Part shown: positions 36,731 through 46,381 of the stretch, piece by piece
Layout: each line of letters opens with the position of its first letter
How positions within the stretch are numbered: position 1 is the first letter of the stretch
Assembly: GCA_018826905.1 (NCBI GenBank)
Contig: JAHJYC010000002.1
Span: forward strand, 14,786 to 78,785
Origin: Patescibacteria group bacterium
Lineage (GTDB): Bacteria; Patescibacteriota; Minisyncoccia; Phycocordibacterales; Phycocordibacteraceae
Direction of reading: 5' to 3'
Length of the DNA stretch: 64,000 bases
Made by a program: the position numbers and the translations under genes
The notes under the pieces: generated by a model
Database searches by the model: none
Told to the model about the DNA's origin: nothing
The model's input: the letters and a program-made list of their open reading frames with translations, nothing else

Positions 36731-37165
36731 ATGTTCATCGGAGAATACCGCCACACCTTAGACGCAAAGAACCGCGTATCTCTTCCGGCAAAGTTCCGGA
36801 AGGAGCTCGGTTCGTCTGTCATTGTGACGCGCGGATTGGATCACTGTCTCTTTGTGTATCCAAAAGCAGCATGGAAGAAGGAGGCGCAAAAGTTTGCACA
36901 ACACTCGTCCGGAGGTGCAGCAGGACGAGCATTTGCTCGCTTGATGCTTGCGGGAGCAAATGAAGCTGATGTAGATAGCGCGGGACGTGTGCTTGTTCCT
37001 GATTACCTTCGTACCTACGCAGGTCTTTCAGGAAAGTGTGTTGTTGCAGGAGTTTCAGATCGTGTTGAGCTCTGGGACGAGCCGGTATGGGAGCAGTACA
37101 CCACTGATATTGAACGAGATGCTGATCAGTTCGCTGAGACGCTTGGCCAGAAGAACCTCACCTAG
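36731..37165 (+). CDS. mraZ: Transcriptional regulator MraZ
   Basis: MFIGEYRHTLDAKNRVSLPAKFR... duplicated SpoVT/AbrB-like halves. Confidence 0.9.
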   Translation: MFIGEYRHTLDAKNRVSLPAKFRKELGSSVIVTRGLDHCLFVYPKAAWKKEAQKFAQHSSGGAAGRAFARLMLAGANEADVDSAGRVLVPDYLRTYAGLSGKCVVAGVSDRVELWDEPVWEQYTTDIERDADQFAETLGQKNLT

Positions 37166-37168
37166 CGT

Positions 37169-38119
37169 ATGGAAGTCCGCCACGACACCGTCCTATTGCA
37201 AGAATCAGTTGATGCACTCTCACTGCACGCAGACGACGTTGTTGTTGATGCAACACTCGGCGGTGCGGGACATTTCCGTCTCTTGCTTGAAACACTAGGA
37301 AAAGAGGGAACACTTGTTGGTATTGATGCAGATGCTGAGGCACTGGTACGTGCACAGGCAGTGGTGAATGAGGTGCCAGAAGGGAAGCGACCCGATGTGC
37401 GTCTGGTGAATGGAAACTTCCGTGATCTTGCAGAAATTATGGATGAGCAGAAGCTCACTCCCACAAAAGTACTGTTTGACCTTGGGTGGAGCGGGTTCCA
37501 GCTCGCAAATGGCCGTGGGTTTTCATTTCGTGCTGATGAGCCACTCCATATGACATACGGAGACCCAGAGACGGCAACAACAGCTGGGGATCTCGTAAAT
37601 CATCTTTCTGAAGAATCTCTTGCAGATTTGCTTTGGTCTCTAGGGGAAGAGCGGTTTGCTCGCAAGATCGCTAAAAGCATTGTGGACATTCGTGAGGAGT
37701 CTGAGATTACAACAACTCATGAGTTGGTGGCTGCCATTGAGGCAGGAGTACCTACCTGGTATACCCATCGCCGCCTGCACCCAGCTACAAAGACGTTCCA
37801 GGCACTTCGCATTGCAGCAAATGATGAGCTTGGTGCGATTCGTGAGGGAGTAGGAGCTGCACTGGAGCGAGTCCCTGAGGGAGGCCGTATTGCAGTTATT
37901 ACCTTCCACAGTATTGAGGACAGGATTGTAAAAAATATGTTCCGTGATGCTGCACAGGCTGGGCAGGGCACACTCGTGTCTCGTAAGCCCCAGGTGCCTT
38001 CTCCAGAAGAGACTAAGGCAAATCCCCGTGCGCGTAGTGCAAAGTTGCGTGTCTTTGAAGTAGGAACCACTGCTCCAAAGAAATCTATTAATCTTCATTC
38101 TTTCCCTGTGTATGCCTGA
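37169..38119 (+). CDS. rsmH: 16S rRNA (cytosine1402-N4)-methyltransferase
   Basis: HDTVLLQESVDAL...VDATLGGAGH...FDLGWSGFQL. Confidence 0.9.
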   Translation: MEVRHDTVLLQESVDALSLHADDVVVDATLGGAGHFRLLLETLGKEGTLVGIDADAEALVRAQAVVNEVPEGKRPDVRLVNGNFRDLAEIMDEQKLTPTKVLFDLGWSGFQLANGRGFSFRADEPLHMTYGDPETATTAGDLVNHLSEESLADLLWSLGEERFARKIAKSIVDIREESEITTTHELVAAIEAGVPTWYTHRRLHPATKTFQALRIAANDELGAIREGVGAALERVPEGGRIAVITFHSIEDRIVKNMFRDAAQAGQGTLVSRKPQVPSPEETKANPRARSAKLRVFEVGTTAPKKSINLHSFPVYA

Positions 38120-38390
38120 CCGAACTATTTCAATTCTAGGATATTCTTGTGCTGTGCTTGTTGTGGCATACCTGGGTCTCATCATTGTGACTGTGTCTCT
38201 TGCTGCCTGGCAGACTGATCTTGCTGTTGAGGTGCATGTTACTGAAGGGGAAATTGCACTACTTGAGAATACGTACTACCAAATGGTCTCTGAGATTGAT
38301 GCTGCAAAGCCAAGTTCTCTTGGGCTTGTCGCTCCTGTTGCCGTAAGTTACGCAGTTAAGGCGCAAGCGCCAGCACTTTCGCTTCGCTAA
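38112..38390 (+). CDS. ftsL: FtsL-like small bitopic division protein
   Basis: 92 aa, single TM, in canonical position between rsmH and ftsI. Confidence 0.5.
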   Translation: MPDRTISILGYSCAVLVVAYLGLIIVTVSLAAWQTDLAVEVHVTEGEIALLENTYYQMVSEIDAAKPSSLGLVAPVAVSYAVKAQAPALSLR

Positions 38391-38394
38391 CTCT

Positions 38395-40128
38395 ATGCGT
38401 AGGGCGATACGTGGACGATTACGCATACTTTCTCTCGCGCTTTTCCTAATTGCCGCGCTTCTTATTGTTCGTCTTTATTTTGTACAAGTAGTGCACGGTG
38501 CTGATTTCGCACTTCGTGCCGAGCGTCAGTATATTTCAGCTAGTCAGGAGCTGTATGATCGCGGAAGTATTTATTTCACTAGAAAGGATGGAACCATTAT
38601 TTCAGCGGCAACACTTTCAAATGGCTTCACGATTGCCATGACACCAAAGAGACTCACTGATCCAAGCGCAGCCTTTGCTGCGCTTTCAACTGTCCTTACG
38701 CTTAGCGAAGAAGACTTTATGAAGTCCGCAGCGCGCTTAGACGATCCGTATGAGGTTGTGGCTAGACGAGTTTCAGAAGAGCAAGGGAAGGCGATTGAGG
38801 CGCTTGATATAGACGGGATACAGCTGGAACGTGAACGATGGCGCTCTTATCCAGGAAGTACTCGTGCAGCGCAATCTATTGGGTTCGTTGCGTTTGATGA
38901 TGATGATACGCTCGCGGGCAGGTTTGGGCTTGAGCGTTATTACAACGACGTACTGAGTAGAGGATCAGTTGGATTGTTTGGGAACTTCTTTTCAGAGTTG
39001 TTTGCCAATATTGATAGTGTTGTGGTTGACGCACGTGAGACGCGCGAGGGAGATCTGATAACCAGCATAGAGCCAGTGGTACAAGAGAAGCTGGATCAAA
39101 TACTCCTTAGTGTGAACACTCAGTATGGAAGTAGAGAAACAGGAGGAATTATTATGGATCCAAAGACTGGAGAGATTATAGCTCTAGATACTGCTCCTTC
39201 ATTTAACGCAAATGATTTTGCGAATGGGGATTCAACACACTTTGGAAATCCACTTGTTGAACACCGATACGAGTTTGGATCCATTGTTAAGGCCCTTACC
39301 ATGGCAGCGGGTCTAGATTCTGGTGCAGTTACCGCAAACACCACCTACAACGATACTGGGTGTACGACACTCAACAATAAAAAGTTCTGTAACTATGACC
39401 TTAAGGCACGTGGCGTTACGCCAATGCAGGAGGTGTTGTCCCAGTCTCTTAACATGGGTGCTGCCTTCATTGCACTTAAGGTGGGGCATGAGAGGATGCG
39501 ACACTATTTTAAGGATCTCGGCATGGGAACTGAGACAGGGATAGATCTGCCGAGTGAGATTTCAGGAAGTCTTTCAAATATTGAAACCAGTCCTCGCGAT
39601 ATTGAGTATGCAACCGCTTCCTATGGACAGGGAATTGCACAGACACCTGTTGAAATGGTGCGAGCTCTGGGAGCACTCGCAAACCAAGGACAGATTGTTA
39701 CCCCTCACCTCGTGCGTTCGGTGCGTCTGGAGTCTGGTATTGAAAAGAAACTCTCTTGGGGAGCTCCTAAGCGAGTATTTAGTGCCGTAGCTACTGAAGA
39801 AACTACGCGCATGCTGGTGAATGTTGTTGATCTTAAACTTGCAGAAGGCAAGGTGCGCATTCCTGAAATGAGTGTTGCTGCAAAGACGGGAACAGCACAG
39901 ATTGCGGGCCCCGGGGGCAAGTACTCTGAGGATAGATACTTCCACTCATTCTTTGGGTATTTCCCTGCGTATGATCCACAGTTTATTATTCTCCTCTATA
40001 CAAGAGAGCCACAGAACGTAAAGTATGCCTCAGAGACTCTTACACACCCCTTCATGGATCTGACACACTTTTTAATTAACTATTATGCTATTCCGCCAGA
40101 TAGGGCAGAATATCCTTCTACTATATGA
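38395..40128 (+). CDS. ftsI: Penicillin-binding protein / FtsI-type transpeptidase
   Basis: SxxK (GSIVKA), SxN (SQSLN), KTG (KTGTAQ). Confidence 0.85.
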   Translation: MRRAIRGRLRILSLALFLIAALLIVRLYFVQVVHGADFALRAERQYISASQELYDRGSIYFTRKDGTIISAATLSNGFTIAMTPKRLTDPSAAFAALSTVLTLSEEDFMKSAARLDDPYEVVARRVSEEQGKAIEALDIDGIQLERERWRSYPGSTRAAQSIGFVAFDDDDTLAGRFGLERYYNDVLSRGSVGLFGNFFSELFANIDSVVVDARETREGDLITSIEPVVQEKLDQILLSVNTQYGSRETGGIIMDPKTGEIIALDTAPSFNANDFANGDSTHFGNPLVEHRYEFGSIVKALTMAAGLDSGAVTANTTYNDTGCTTLNNKKFCNYDLKARGVTPMQEVLSQSLNMGAAFIALKVGHERMRHYFKDLGMGTETGIDLPSEISGSLSNIETSPRDIEYATASYGQGIAQTPVEMVRALGALANQGQIVTPHLVRSVRLESGIEKKLSWGAPKRVFSAVATEETTRMLVNVVDLKLAEGKVRIPEMSVAAKTGTAQIAGPGGKYSEDRYFHSFFGYFPAYDPQFIILLYTREPQNVKYASETLTHPFMDLTHFLINYYAIPPDRAEYPSTI

Positions 40129-41396
40129 AGCGTCTCCTCAAAGCACCTGTAGCCATGGTTCTCGCAGTTCTTGCGAGGGCGATTCTTAAGAAATATGCGC
40201 CTCAGATCATTATGGTTACGGGAAGTGTGGGAAAGACTTCAACAAAGGATGCGCTTGCAGCTGCGTTCGCAGAGACACATTTCCTTCGTGCGAGTGAGAA
40301 GAGTTACAACAGCGAGTTCGGTCTCCCCCTTACGGTTATTGGTGCAAGGAATCCGTGGGAGAATCCTGCTGCATGGTTCGGTGTCTTCCAAGAAGCTCTC
40401 GCACTTATTATGTTGCCGAGCCACTATCCAAAACTTCTTATTCTTGAAGTAGGAGCTGATAGGCCAGGAGACTTGGCGCGAATTTTACGCATTGCGCATC
40501 CTGATGCTGTTGTTGTTACAAGACTTCCTGATGTGCCAGTGCATGTGGAAGCGTATGAGGGACCACAGGCAGTTAGAGATGAAGAGTTTGCTCCTGCCTA
40601 CGCACTCTTGCCACAAGCTCCTCTTATAATCTGCGCTGAGGATGTGTACGCTCGCACTATGGCAGCGAGACTTCCGGTTTCCATAACAACGTTTGGATTT
40701 TCAGACGATGCAGATGTTTCAATAGCAAATGAAGAATTTTATGTAGATGGAGAGAAGAGCGGTATGCGTGCTGACGTTGGAGGGAAGAAGGTGTGTGTTG
40801 AGGGGGCACTTGGGCGTCCTCAATTGTATGCGCCAGCCGCGGCACTTGCTGTTGCAAAGGCACTGAACATATCTGAAAAGGCAGTGCGAGCAGGACTTAA
40901 GACATACGTAGCTCCGCCAGGACGTGCGCGGGTGCTTCTTGGTGTTCGCAACTCCTATATTATTGATGACTCATACAACGCATCTCCTGCAGCAGCAGAG
41001 GAGGGACTTAACGCACTCTCCTTAATTCCTAAGAAGGGAAGACGTATAGCAGTACTTGGAGACATGTTGGAACTTGGGCGGTATTCGCAGGAAGAACACG
41101 CTCGTATAGGGACATTGGTAGAGGAGAAGGCAGACATGCTTATTGCTGTTGGTCTTCGCTCTCGTGCTACATACGAAGCCGCTAGAAAGGCAGGACTTTC
41201 AGAGGACACTGCGTTTGCGGTTGATACAGCAACCGATGCAGCTGAAATACTCCAAGAACTTGTTCAGGAAGGGGATGTTGTTCTCGTTAAGGGATCTCAG
41301 TCTATGCGCATGGAGCGGGTGTCTGAGGCTCTGTTGAGGAATCCAGAGGATAGCCAGCGTTTAGTACGTCAGGAGCGTGAATGGAAGCGTAGATAG
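40125..41396 (+). CDS. murF: UDP-MurNAc-tripeptide--D-alanyl-D-alanine ligase
   Basis: Mur ligase P-loop VTGSVGKTSTKD; IIDDSYNASP and GDMLELG typical of MurF rather than MurE. Confidence 0.8.
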   Translation: MKRLLKAPVAMVLAVLARAILKKYAPQIIMVTGSVGKTSTKDALAAAFAETHFLRASEKSYNSEFGLPLTVIGARNPWENPAAWFGVFQEALALIMLPSHYPKLLILEVGADRPGDLARILRIAHPDAVVVTRLPDVPVHVEAYEGPQAVRDEEFAPAYALLPQAPLIICAEDVYARTMAARLPVSITTFGFSDDADVSIANEEFYVDGEKSGMRADVGGKKVCVEGALGRPQLYAPAAALAVAKALNISEKAVRAGLKTYVAPPGRARVLLGVRNSYIIDDSYNASPAAAEEGLNALSLIPKKGRRIAVLGDMLELGRYSQEEHARIGTLVEEKADMLIAVGLRSRATYEAARKAGLSEDTAFAVDTATDAAEILQELVQEGDVVLVKGSQSMRMERVSEALLRNPEDSQRLVRQEREWKRR

Positions 41397-41439
41397 GTCT
41401 AGCGCGCCAGGCTTGATTCTGGTATAAATGGCCTACGAC

Positions 41440-41511
41440 GGCCTCATCGTCTAACGGTTAGGACAGATCCCTCTCACGGATCAAATCGGGGTTCGATTCC
41501 CCGTGAGGTCA
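41440..41511 (+). tRNA. tRNA-Glu (anticodon CUC)
   Basis: Acceptor GGCCUCA/UGAGGUC, D-arm GUCU-AACGGUUA-GGAC, anticodon arm GAUCC-CUCUCAC-GGAUC, T-arm CGGGG-UUCGAUU-CCCCG, discriminator A. Confidence 0.9.
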
Positions 41512-41575
41512 CAAAGTTGTTCTAGTGCAACCAGCACCCAAAAGGAGTCTCAACTGGATGTGCTAGCATATTTGT

Positions 41576-41941
41576 ATGAAAATCCTTGTCTCTCACTCCA
41601 GCAGTTACGATTACGAAACTGAGCTGTACGAGCCACTTAAGCAATCAGCTCTTGCTGAGAAGCATACCTTCATATTCCCGCATGATGTAGAAAACGTTGA
41701 GATTGAAACAAACTCTCATATTCCAGACACTGATCTTTTGCTTGCAGAAGTTTCGTATCCTTCAACGGGAGCTGGTATTGAAATAGGTCTCGTTCAAGCC
41801 GCAAACGTCCCAACACTCTTTCTGTACAAGAAGGGAACAACTCCGTCTTCAGCACTTAAGTTCTGCAAAGGGAAGCAGACTGAGTATACAGACAGTGCTG
41901 ATCTTGTCTCAAAAATAGAAGAGTATGTTGCGAGCAACTAG
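41576..41941 (+). CDS. Nucleoside 2-deoxyribosyltransferase-like (Rossmann-like) protein
   Basis: AEVSYPSTGAGIEIGLVQAANVPTLFL fits D/SxGT..E.G.A.A.gKP motif of the NDT-like fold. Confidence 0.45.
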   Translation: MKILVSHSSSYDYETELYEPLKQSALAEKHTFIFPHDVENVEIETNSHIPDTDLLLAEVSYPSTGAGIEIGLVQAANVPTLFLYKKGTTPSSALKFCKGKQTEYTDSADLVSKIEEYVASN

Positions 41942-42735
41942 TTCTTTCTAGACAACCAAAGCCCAAACACACTTCCAATCCTCGTCCTATGAATAGAAAG
42001 GGCAACACCTTTTGTTCCTAAGACCTCTCCAATACGCCCTGCAAGTGTCCGCATATACGTCCCCGATGCACACGATACTCGTAGCGTATGAATTTGGTAG
42101 GTTCTTTCTCCTTGAGCTGTAAACAATTTCTCCCAACATTCTCGTACTGCATCCTGTCTAAAGTCTGCGCCCAACTGCTTTGATGCTTCTTCTGTGCGGG
42201 GAACTAAAGAAAGCGTTTTGAATACTCTTTCCTTAAGCTGAGGCAAAGACACCGTCTCTGTATTCAAATGCGTAATGGAGTACACTTCTTCCGTATGTGT
42301 AGGAATCTCTATTGAATCCAGGGTCCCTTCAAGCGCATACATAAACAACGGCTTTCCATTAACTGTCTTAGAAGAAAAGACAGGGTAGGGGACATCTGCC
42401 TTTCCTGTAACAGACGTAAGTGCTCTTTTTATTTCTTCCTTAGAGAAAGCAGATACTGTATCTGCTCCGGAACTTACACCAAGCACATCTCCGGTATCAG
42501 TTCCTATATCAAGGAGTACTTCAATAACATACTCCTTATCTAGTCCATGGTACTTCTTTTGCTTTTTGCACTCCTCTCCAATAAGAACAAGGAGTTTTCC
42601 TGAGGCCATAGGATCAAGTCTGCCTGCATAACTTAAAGGAACATCCTTATATATAGGAGATCTCTCCTGAAACAACCGAAGTGCTTCAAGGGGAGTTTGT
42701 CCTACCGGCTTTTCCAAAACCACATACTTTTTCAT
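41938..42735 (-). CDS. truB: tRNA pseudouridine(55) synthase
   Basis: AGRLDPMASG catalytic Asp motif; KKYHGLDKEY...GTDTGDVLG. Confidence 0.85.
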   Translation of the reverse strand: MKKYVVLEKPVGQTPLEALRLFQERSPIYKDVPLSYAGRLDPMASGKLLVLIGEECKKQKKYHGLDKEYVIEVLLDIGTDTGDVLGVSSGADTVSAFSKEEIKRALTSVTGKADVPYPVFSSKTVNGKPLFMYALEGTLDSIEIPTHTEEVYSITHLNTETVSLPQLKERVFKTLSLVPRTEEASKQLGADFRQDAVRECWEKLFTAQGERTYQIHTLRVSCASGTYMRTLAGRIGEVLGTKGVALSIHRTRIGSVFGLWLSRKN

Positions 42736-42782
42736 ATGTTCATCCTATAGAAGAAAAGGAAAACACACCAACAAGTGGTGTG

Positions 42783-43118
42783 TCAGGCAACCTTCCGTCG
42801 TCTAAATCTGCGTTCGGGGATTGGAGCAAGCTCCAGCCCCGTACACATATCCAAAAGACAAAGAAAGTCATTCATCTCGCTCCACATATCAGGACCACGA
42901 ATCGCGGAGCAGACGTATCCTTCAATGAGAAGAATCTGGTCATGATACGAAAGCGAGAGTTGTTGTTCCAATTGTTCCTGGGCCCTCAGAAGGCCGTACG
43001 CAAACGACATAGGATCCTTGCGGATCTTCTGCAGTCCACTTGGAAAGACGCGAATGACGAGCTGTGCTCCTTTAGCTACGTCAAACACCTCAGGGTAAAT
43101 AACATAGGCATCAGTCAA
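42783..43118 (-). CDS. Hypothetical protein
   Basis: 111-aa ORF; no motif. Confidence 0.3.
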   Translation of the reverse strand: MTDAYVIYPEVFDVAKGAQLVIRVFPSGLQKIRKDPMSFAYGLLRAQEQLEQQLSLSYHDQILLIEGYVCSAIRGPDMWSEMNDFLCLLDMCTGLELAPIPERRFRRRKVA

Positions 43119-43198
43119 CAGTGTTACTCCACATAGGAAAGAGGAGAGGACACCATCACCATCCCAGATCTGTTGTCTGGGTCAGGAGAAACTTAGCA

Positions 43199-43654
43199 CT
43201 AGCGAAGCAATGAGTCCACCACTTCCTTCACATCTGCGCCGTCTGCTTTTCCCTTTAGGTCTTGCATAAGGGCACCAATAAATCTGCCAGTATCTTTCTT
43301 TTCAGTAATATTCATATCCTGCATCTTCTGTGAAGCAATTGCATGTATCTCTTCCTTGCTCATAAGCTCGGGCATGAATGATTCAATAACCGCTAGCTCT
43401 TCAATCTCAGGCTCGGCAAGTTCAGTGCGTCCTGCTGCAGTAAATTGCTCAATGGAGTCTTTTCTTTGGTTGGCAGCTCTTTTAACGACAACCAATGCCT
43501 CTTCATCAGTTAAAAACTCATCTGGCTTACGTTTTTTCGCTACCACCTCGTTTGTCATAGCACTTGCAAGCGAGCGAAGGGTGCGGAGTCGCACTGCGTC
43601 TTTAGCGCGAAGGGCGTCAGGAATACCTGCCTTTATAGTTTCATGTAGGGTCAT
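43199..43654 (-). CDS. GatB/YqeY domain protein
   Basis: MTLHETIKAGIPDALRAKD...RLRTLRSL...; YqeY family signature. Confidence 0.8.
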   Translation of the reverse strand: MTLHETIKAGIPDALRAKDAVRLRTLRSLASAMTNEVVAKKRKPDEFLTDEEALVVVKRAANQRKDSIEQFTAAGRTELAEPEIEELAVIESFMPELMSKEEIHAIASQKMQDMNITEKKDTGRFIGALMQDLKGKADGADVKEVVDSLLR

Positions 43655-43702
43655 GGAAAAATCCTACCACACGAGTAATCGCTTGGTATACTCCAAGTAT
43701 CT

Positions 43703-46381
43703 ATGCTTATTTCAGAACATTGGCACGCCCGTACTATCAAAGAAGTGGAGGAACACCTCCACACAAGTCTTACTAAAGGATTAACAAGAAAGGAAGCCGC
43801 AGACCGTCTAGAAGAGAAGGGAGCAAATAGCATGCCTGCTCCCGAGAGAGACGGGCTATTTATGAAGCTTCTAAATCAGTTCAAGAGCCCCATCACGTTT
43901 GTGCTTGTGCTTGCGGTTATCGCAACCTCTTCTCTCGCGCACTATACGGATGCGCTCGTTATCTCTGCAGCACTCTTGCTGAATATTGTTATGGGCCTGG
44001 TGCAGGAAGGGAGAGCTTCAAAAGCTTTTGAAGCACTTAAGAAAGGAGAAGCACAGTATGCAGTTGTTTTTAGAGGCGGAGAGCCATTAAAGATCTCTGC
44101 GAATGAGCTTGTTGTTGGCGATGTTGTTGTTCTGTCTGCAGGAAACGCTATTCCAGCAGACATGCGTCTTATTGAAGTGCATGGACTCACGATTAACGAG
44201 TCAGCACTCTCAGGAGAATGGCTTGCCGTTGAAAAGAATACTGAAAAAGCAGGAGAGGAATCTCCGCTTGTTGAGCGAAGTGGGATGGCATATGCAGGAA
44301 CACTGGTTGCGTCTGGAGCAGGGAGGGGAGTTGTTGTTGCTATAGGGGGAGACACTGAGATCGGGCGTATTGCTGTTGAGCTTGGGAAGAAAGATGAGTC
44401 TGTAACGCCGCTCATGAAAGATATACGGCAGGTAGCGAAACTCATCCTGATCGCCGTTGCTTTCATTATGGTAGGTATTTTCGCACTCGGCACAGCGCGA
44501 GGGCTCCCATTTGATGAAACACTCTTTACGGCTATCGCACTTGCTGTTGCGAGTGTGCCTGAAGGACTTCCTGCAGCAGTTACCGTAGTGCTCGCACTCG
44601 GGATGGAGCGCATTCTAAAATCTGGCGGCCTCGTACGAAACCTGCTTGCTGCAGAAACACTTGGCACCACCAGTATCATTTTGACTGATAAGACCGGCAC
44701 CCTTACGGAGGGCAGAATGACACTTGAGTCATACGTAAGTTTGAACGAAGTACATGACAATGCAGACAAAGGAGAAGCGAGAACTCTCTTAACTGCTGCA
44801 GTGCTTGCGTCTAATGCATACGTAGAGGAACGCCCAGAAGCAGAAGGAGACGAGAAACTTGTGGTACATGGCAGACCTATTGAACAAGCTATTGTACTTG
44901 CTGGTCTTAAGACAGGTATCTCTCAGCAAGCGTGCCTGAGTGCGTACCCACGTCTAGACGAGTTGCATTTTGACTCAGCACGCCGCTTCGGGGGTATGCT
45001 CGTACAAAACGAGAAGAATCCCGTTGCCTATATCACTGGCGCCCCTGAGTTTCTTCTCGGCAGTATGTCTTTAGTTGTTGGAGCAAATGGCGACGCAGAG
45101 ACCTTGACCGACAGTATGCGCACGCACTTCTTGCGGTCGCTTGAAACAGCAGCGAGGGACGGGAAGCGTGTTATTGGAGTTGCTCGTGTTGAGAAAGACT
45201 TAAAGGCATTTCCTCCTGAAAAAGAGTTGCTTGGATACCTTGGTGCCGGCGCCCTCGTTGGATTCCTTATCTTCTCTGATGTTATTCGTGAGGAAGCAAA
45301 GAGTGCTATTAAGGACATGCAAGATGCAGGGGCTCGCGTCCTCATGCTTACGGGAGACAACCCCGAAACAGCACTCGCCATAGCAAAAATTGTAGGGATT
45401 GCAGAAGAGGGAGAACGAGCGTACACGGGAGCAGAACTCTCTGTCCTCACCGATGCTGAGCTTCTAGAGGTACTTACTACACATACAGTATTTTCTCGTG
45501 TTGCTCCTGCTGAGAAGCTTCGTATAGCGAACGTGCTCCGGGATGCAGGAGAGGTGGTGGCGATGACAGGAGACGGAGTGAATGACGCACCCGCCCTAAG
45601 AGCAGCCGCTATTGGTGTTGCTGTCGGGTCTGGAACAGATGTAGCAAAGGAAGCATCTGATCTGGTGCTTCTTGATAACGGATTCTCAGTTATAACTTCA
45701 GCCATTCGGGAAGGCAGAAGGCTTAGAGAGAACTTCAAGAAGATCTTTGCGTACATGCTCTCCACGAACTTCAGCGAAGTTATCCTCATTGGGTTTGCGC
45801 TTGTTGTTGGACTCCCGCTTCCGATTCTTCCTACGCAGGTACTCTGGTCTAACCTAATTGAGGGAGGATTTATGAACTTTGCGTTTGCTTTTGAGCCGCT
45901 GTACCCGTCTGCAATGAAGCGAAGTCCAAAGGATCCTGAAATCGCACGCGTGCTGTCTCCGAAGCTCATTAAACTTATTGTGCTCGTTGGTTCCGTAACA
46001 GCGACAATACTCATTGGTATCTACCTCTTCCTCCTTTCTCTTGAGTTGCCGCTTGATGAGATTCAGACACTCATGTTCGTTGCAGTATCGGTGAACTGTA
46101 TCTTCATGGCATTCTCAATGAAGAGTCTTGGAACTCCGCTATGGAGACTGCCATTATTCTCTAACCGCTTCTTGCTAGTCTCGTTAATTGGAAGCGTTGC
46201 CTTCTTGTTTGGTGCCCTCTACATTCCATTCCTACAGGTACTGGTACATGTAACAGAACCAAGCATGCTCCAGCTCGCTATTCTCTTTGGGTTTGGACTC
46301 ATAAACCTCGCTACGATTGAGATTGCGAAGTGGATCTTCTTTATTCGTGAGCCTAAGGAATCACGTATACTTACTGCATGA
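43703..46381 (+). CDS. P-type ATPase, cation-transporting (Ca2+/Mg2+ type IIA/IIIB-like)
   Basis: DKTGTLT phosphorylation site, TGDN, GDGVNDAPAL, 10 TM topology, N-terminal cation_ATPase_N. Confidence 0.9.
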   Translation: MLISEHWHARTIKEVEEHLHTSLTKGLTRKEAADRLEEKGANSMPAPERDGLFMKLLNQFKSPITFVLVLAVIATSSLAHYTDALVISAALLLNIVMGLVQEGRASKAFEALKKGEAQYAVVFRGGEPLKISANELVVGDVVVLSAGNAIPADMRLIEVHGLTINESALSGEWLAVEKNTEKAGEESPLVERSGMAYAGTLVASGAGRGVVVAIGGDTEIGRIAVELGKKDESVTPLMKDIRQVAKLILIAVAFIMVGIFALGTARGLPFDETLFTAIALAVASVPEGLPAAVTVVLALGMERILKSGGLVRNLLAAETLGTTSIILTDKTGTLTEGRMTLESYVSLNEVHDNADKGEARTLLTAAVLASNAYVEERPEAEGDEKLVVHGRPIEQAIVLAGLKTGISQQACLSAYPRLDELHFDSARRFGGMLVQNEKNPVAYITGAPEFLLGSMSLVVGANGDAETLTDSMRTHFLRSLETAARDGKRVIGVARVEKDLKAFPPEKELLGYLGAGALVGFLIFSDVIREEAKSAIKDMQDAGARVLMLTGDNPETALAIAKIVGIAEEGERAYTGAELSVLTDAELLEVLTTHTVFSRVAPAEKLRIANVLRDAGEVVAMTGDGVNDAPALRAAAIGVAVGSGTDVAKEASDLVLLDNGFSVITSAIREGRRLRENFKKIFAYMLSTNFSEVILIGFALVVGLPLPILPTQVLWSNLIEGGFMNFAFAFEPLYPSAMKRSPKDPEIARVLSPKLIKLIVLVGSVTATILIGIYLFLLSLELPLDEIQTLMFVAVSVNCIFMAFSMKSLGTPLWRLPLFSNRFLLVSLIGSVAFLFGALYIPFLQVLVHVTEPSMLQLAILFGFGLINLATIEIAKWIFFIREPKESRILTA

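Noticed and set aside
36604-36963. 119-aa ORF overlapping the mraZ promoter and gene in another frame
   Set aside because: It is out of frame with the clearly conserved MraZ protein and Cys/Arg-rich. It is treated as spurious.
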